From: Desulfobacterales bacterium
Lineage (GTDB): Bacteria > Desulfobacterota > Desulfobacteria > Desulfobacterales > UBA2174
Direction of reading: 5' to 3'
DNA: 64,000 bases
Assembly (NCBI GenBank): GCA_963668645.2
Contig: CAXXWC010000001.1
Coordinates: 352,001-416,000, forward strand
Both the position numbers and the translations under genes were made by a program. Every line of letters starts with the position of its first letter. Position 1 is the stretch's first letter. Under the pieces are notes generated by a model. It saw only the letters and a program-made list of their open reading frames with translations, was not told where the DNA came from and made no database searches. Below are positions 60,704-64,000 of this stretch, one piece after another.

Positions 60704-62220
60704 GGGTGCGTCCCTCCTTCGGCCCAGGTCTCCGGTACGATTCCGTCCACCAGGCGAACCTCCCCGTGAATTCCGTATTCCTCGGATATGCGTTCGCGGC
60801 TGGCGGCAGCGGCATCCGCGTCGACGACCAGCGGCCGCCCGTTGCCCAGCAGGCGAATGACATGCGGATTGACCGGGGCTTCGAGAAGAGCCTTGAGCTG
60901 CGCCAAGCCGCGCACCGGATGGCCGTCCACCGAATCGACGATCCCATGTGAAAATTGACTTAAGTAGCGGTTGGCCGGATCGGTGAGGACCTTGCCAATC
61001 ACCACCACCTCGGGCCGCTCCAGGTAGAGGTCCCGGGTCAGAAACTGGCTGTAGTAGTAAAGCAGGTTGATATCGCGGGTCTGGGCCGAGAGCATGAAGT
61101 CGTGGCTCAACGGCTGGAAAACGATCCCGGCCCAGATCACATATCGCGGTTTGACCCCATAGCGCCGGGCCTGCATCAAATAGGGCCAGGGACTGTTGAG
61201 CGGCACCTGGACGGTAAGCCGGCGGCCCTGGCGCAGAATTTCAAGCTCGACACTGTCGCCTTTGAACTTGCGTTCCACCACCTCATTGAGCAGAACGCGC
61301 TCTGCGTCCATGAGCACATGCCCGTCGGCGAAAATCGGTAGGCCGTCGATGGTCAGAAGCACATCTTCCGGGCGCAGCAGTCCGTAGGCGGTCGAAGCGC
61401 GCATCACCCCGGCCACCAGTACCCCTTCGTGGCCCGGCCCCAGCCCGACGGCGCGTCGCAAGGTGGGATTGATCAAGGGGAACGAATAGATGCCCAGATC
61501 GACGTACCGATCGTAGCGACCGTCGGTCACATCGCTAAGAAAGCGTTGAATCACAGGAGTCGGAATCATGTAGCCGACGTTCTGGGCCGTCTGGCCCGTA
61601 AAGACCTGAAACGCCACCCCCACAACGGATTGATCCTGAAGTACCGGCCCGCCGCTGTTGCCCGGGTTGATGGGGGCATCGATCTGGATCGCCAGGTGGG
61701 CGTCCACCCCGGAGTGGCTGTAAGTCTGGAAATCGATGCGCGAAACCACGCCACGGGTGACCGAAAGGCGTTCCCCGCCGATGGGATACCCGATCACACC
61801 CACGGTGGAATTCAGGGCCGGCACTCCGCCAAAGCTCAAGGGCAGCGTATCTTGAAAAAATTGTGGGTCGTCGACGGCCAGCAGCGCCAGGTCGCAATCA
61901 TGGGCGATAAATTCAACCCGCGCCTCGTAACGGCGCGGGTCGCCGTCCTTTTCTATCACGATCATCCGGGCGTCGCTGACGACATGGGCGTTGGTCAATA
62001 TCCGGTTTTGGGCGATAAGAAATCCGCTGCCCGTTCCGCTGATGATATCTCCCGGGCCCCATGGGACAGCGTAGTTGGGTTGCTGGCTGATCACGTTGAC
62101 GCGCACCAGGGCTTTGCGAACCTGGCCCATATCTAAAGGCTGCGCACCGGCCGAAACAGCCGTCATGCCCGTGATACAAAGGATACCGATCCAGACCGAA
62201 ATACGTTTCATAGACACCAT
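60700..62220 (-). CDS. Trypsin-like serine protease with PDZ domains (Deg/HtrA, Deg2-like); start uncertain
   Basis: GSGF, ILTNAHVV, CDLALL, INPGNSGGP; signal peptide. Confidence 0.92.
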   Translation of the reverse strand: MVSMKRISVWIGILCITGMTAVSAGAQPLDMGQVRKALVRVNVISQQPNYAVPWGPGDIISGTGSGFLIAQNRILTNAHVVSDARMIVIEKDGDPRRYEARVEFIAHDCDLALLAVDDPQFFQDTLPLSFGGVPALNSTVGVIGYPIGGERLSVTRGVVSRIDFQTYSHSGVDAHLAIQIDAPINPGNSGGPVLQDQSVVGVAFQVFTGQTAQNVGYMIPTPVIQRFLSDVTDGRYDRYVDLGIYSFPLINPTLRRAVGLGPGHEGVLVAGVMRASTAYGLLRPEDVLLTIDGLPIFADGHVLMDAERVLLNEVVERKFKGDSVELEILRQGRRLTVQVPLNSPWPYLMQARRYGVKPRYVIWAGIVFQPLSHDFMLSAQTRDINLLYYYSQFLTRDLYLERPEVVVIGKVLTDPANRYLSQFSHGIVDSVDGHPVRGLAQLKALLEAPVNPHVIRLLGNGRPLVVDADAAAASRERISEEYGIHGEVRLVDGIVPETWAEGGTHP

Positions 62221-62443
62221 CGCCAGACGTTGAATCTTGCCGGAACTCTCCACTTGGGTGCCTTTCTCTTTACTACGCGCTTGACCGCCGGACAAGAGGC
62301 CAAGCAGTAATCATGCAAGCGTTTGACAGGAACCTGGCTTTTGCCTAAGCTAAAGTCGTTTATTTGTATCCACCCGCTTTTGCGGACTCGACAACCACAG
62401 CCCGACTCGATCCATTGAGCCGCCATCCCCAAGGAGATGTACC

Positions 62444-64000
62444 ATGGCAGTCAAAAAATCCGCCAAAGGAACCCGCCCGACCCAGGTCAATGCCGGCATC
62501 GATGCATTGCGCCGTAAAGGCAGCCGGATCGTCACCGAAGGGGCCCCCATGCTGCCGGCGGCATCCCTGATCAAGGCCTCCGGAGCAATTCGCAAGTTCG
62601 CGGATCTCAAAAAGCCTTTCGTCACCGTCGTCAACAGCTACACCACCCAGATCCCGGGCCACGCCCACCTGCATCACCTGGGAGAAGTCGCCTGCCAGGA
62701 ACTGCGCCGTCAAGGGTTCAACGTCTGGTATGCCAACATCGGCGGTGCCATCTGCGACGGCATCGCCATGGGCCATTTCGGCATGAAGTACTCGTTGCCG
62801 AGCCGGGAGCTGATCTGCGACCAGATCGAAAGCCTCCTGACGGCCCATCCTTGCGACGGGTGGCTGGGGATCGGCAACTGCGACAAGATCGTTCCGGCGA
62901 TGTACAACGCCATGGTACGCATCAATATTCCGGCGGTTTACGTCTCGGGCGGTCCTATGCTGGCAGGCGCCTCCGGTGCGGACCTGATCTCGGTCTTTGA
63001 AGGTGTCGGGGCCCATGCAGCAGGCAAGATTCCGACCAGTACCCTGCGCCGGTTGGCCGAAACCAGCTGCCCGGGCTGCGGATCCTGCGCCGGGATGTTC
63101 ACCGCCAATTCCATGAACTGCCTGGGCGAAGTGGTGGGTCTGGCCCTGCCGGGCAACGGCACCGTGACCGCCGAAATCTGGGCCGACCGCCAGCGCACCC
63201 GCACCAAACCCAACCCGCGCCGCGAACGGATCGTGCGTGACGCCGCCCGCATGCTTAAACGATGTGTCAAAGGCGGACTGCGGCCCCTGGACATCGTCAA
63301 CCGCCAGGCGATTGACAATGCATTTGTGGCCGACATGGCCATGGGGGGCAGTACCAACACCGTGCTGCACACCCTGGCCCTGGCCGCCGAGGCGGGAGTC
63401 GCCTACGACCTTGAACGCATCAACCGCATTGCCGCCCGCACCCCGTGCATCTGCAAGGTTTCGCCGTCACGGCCCGAGGTGCACATCGAGGATGTTCAAC
63501 GGGCCGGAGGGCTTCCCACGATCCTGGCCGAAATCCATCGCGGCGCCCAAAGCGGCCTCGACCTGGATACGCGTACGGTTTACGGCCGGCTTAAGGATGC
63601 GGTGGAGTCCGCCCGCGCCCCGGACGGCGACATCATCCGGCCGGTGGACCAGGCCTTCAGCCCCAACGGTGGGCTGGCGGTCCTCTTCGGCAACCTGGCG
63701 CCGGCCGGGGCGGTTGTCAAAACCGCCGGGGTAGCCGAGGACATGATGCACTTCGAAGGGCCGGCCAGGATTTTCGAGTCCCAGGAAGCGGCCCTCAAGG
63801 GCATCCTGGGCGGCCGGGTCAAAAACGGCGACGTGGTGGTGATCCGTTTCGAGGGACCCAAAGGCGGTCCCGGAATGCAGGAGATGCTTTCGCCCACGGC
63901 CGCCATCCAAGGTGCCGGCATCCGTGCGGCCCTGATCACCGACGGCCGTTTTTCAGGAGGTACCCGCGGGTTGTGCGTCGGTCACATATCGCCCGAGGCG
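62444..64000 (+). CDS. ilvD: Dihydroxy-acid dehydratase; 3' end runs off the window
   Basis: Read manually: PGHAHL, CDGIAMGHFGMKYSLPSRE, NCDKIVP, CAGMFTANSMNC, GGSTN, GPKGGPGMQEM, TDGRFSGGT; AGGAG RBS. Confidence 0.95.
   Translation, partial: MAVKKSAKGTRPTQVNAGIDALRRKGSRIVTEGAPMLPAASLIKASGAIRKFADLKKPFVTVVNSYTTQIPGHAHLHHLGEVACQELRRQGFNVWYANIGGAICDGIAMGHFGMKYSLPSRELICDQIESLLTAHPCDGWLGIGNCDKIVPAMYNAMVRINIPAVYVSGGPMLAGASGADLISVFEGVGAHAAGKIPTSTLRRLAETSCPGCGSCAGMFTANSMNCLGEVVGLALPGNGTVTAEIWADRQRTRTKPNPRRERIVRDAARMLKRCVKGGLRPLDIVNRQAIDNAFVADMAMGGSTNTVLHTLALAAEAGVAYDLERINRIAARTPCICKVSPSRPEVHIEDVQRAGGLPTILAEIHRGAQSGLDLDTRTVYGRLKDAVESARAPDGDIIRPVDQAFSPNGGLAVLFGNLAPAGAVVKTAGVAEDMMHFEGPARIFESQEAALKGILGGRVKNGDVVVIRFEGPKGGPGMQEMLSPTAAIQGAGIRAALITDGRFSGGTRGLCVGHISPEA

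Overview
GC-rich chromosomal segment whose gene content and order suggest a Desulfobacterota (deltaproteobacterial) host; this is inferred, not a taxonomic assignment. The left arm (1-10.9 kb) has a SEC-C protein, a decayed acetate-CoA-ligase gene, a GntR/amidohydrolase/TRAP operon, an MBL hydrolase, a TPR-SPOR protein and tRNA-Leu(TAA). An accessory zone (10.9-28.7 kb) sits between tRNA-Leu and the pgsA-tRNA-Gly-tRNA-Cys cluster and has two parts. The first is an older segment carrying a two-gene cassette: a CHAT (caspase-like) protease-STAND NTPase-TPR protein with five near-identical 120-bp repeats, coupled to a 154-aa single-TM protein. This is the best candidate for an uncharacterised protease-activated immune/effector system. 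The second is an ~11.4-kb satellite-like element integrated in tRNA-Cys (50-bp att repeats) with integrase, AlpA, TOPRIM-DUF3987 primase, an iteron-like palindrome, HNH nuclease, and an ApeA-like HEPN gene cleanly split by an IS66 element (18-bp IR, 8-bp TSD). The right part (28.9-64 kb) is housekeeping: pgsA, tal, folK, dapF, argH/G/D/B, hslUV, xerC, UDG, coaBC, gmd, FtsB-like, rpsT, lptE, leuS, RNase E/G, yajC-secD-secF, dprA, topA, an active plus catalytically degenerate Deg/HtrA-like protease pair, and ilvD. No rRNA or CRISPR array was seen. All family calls come from motif recognition, not database searches.
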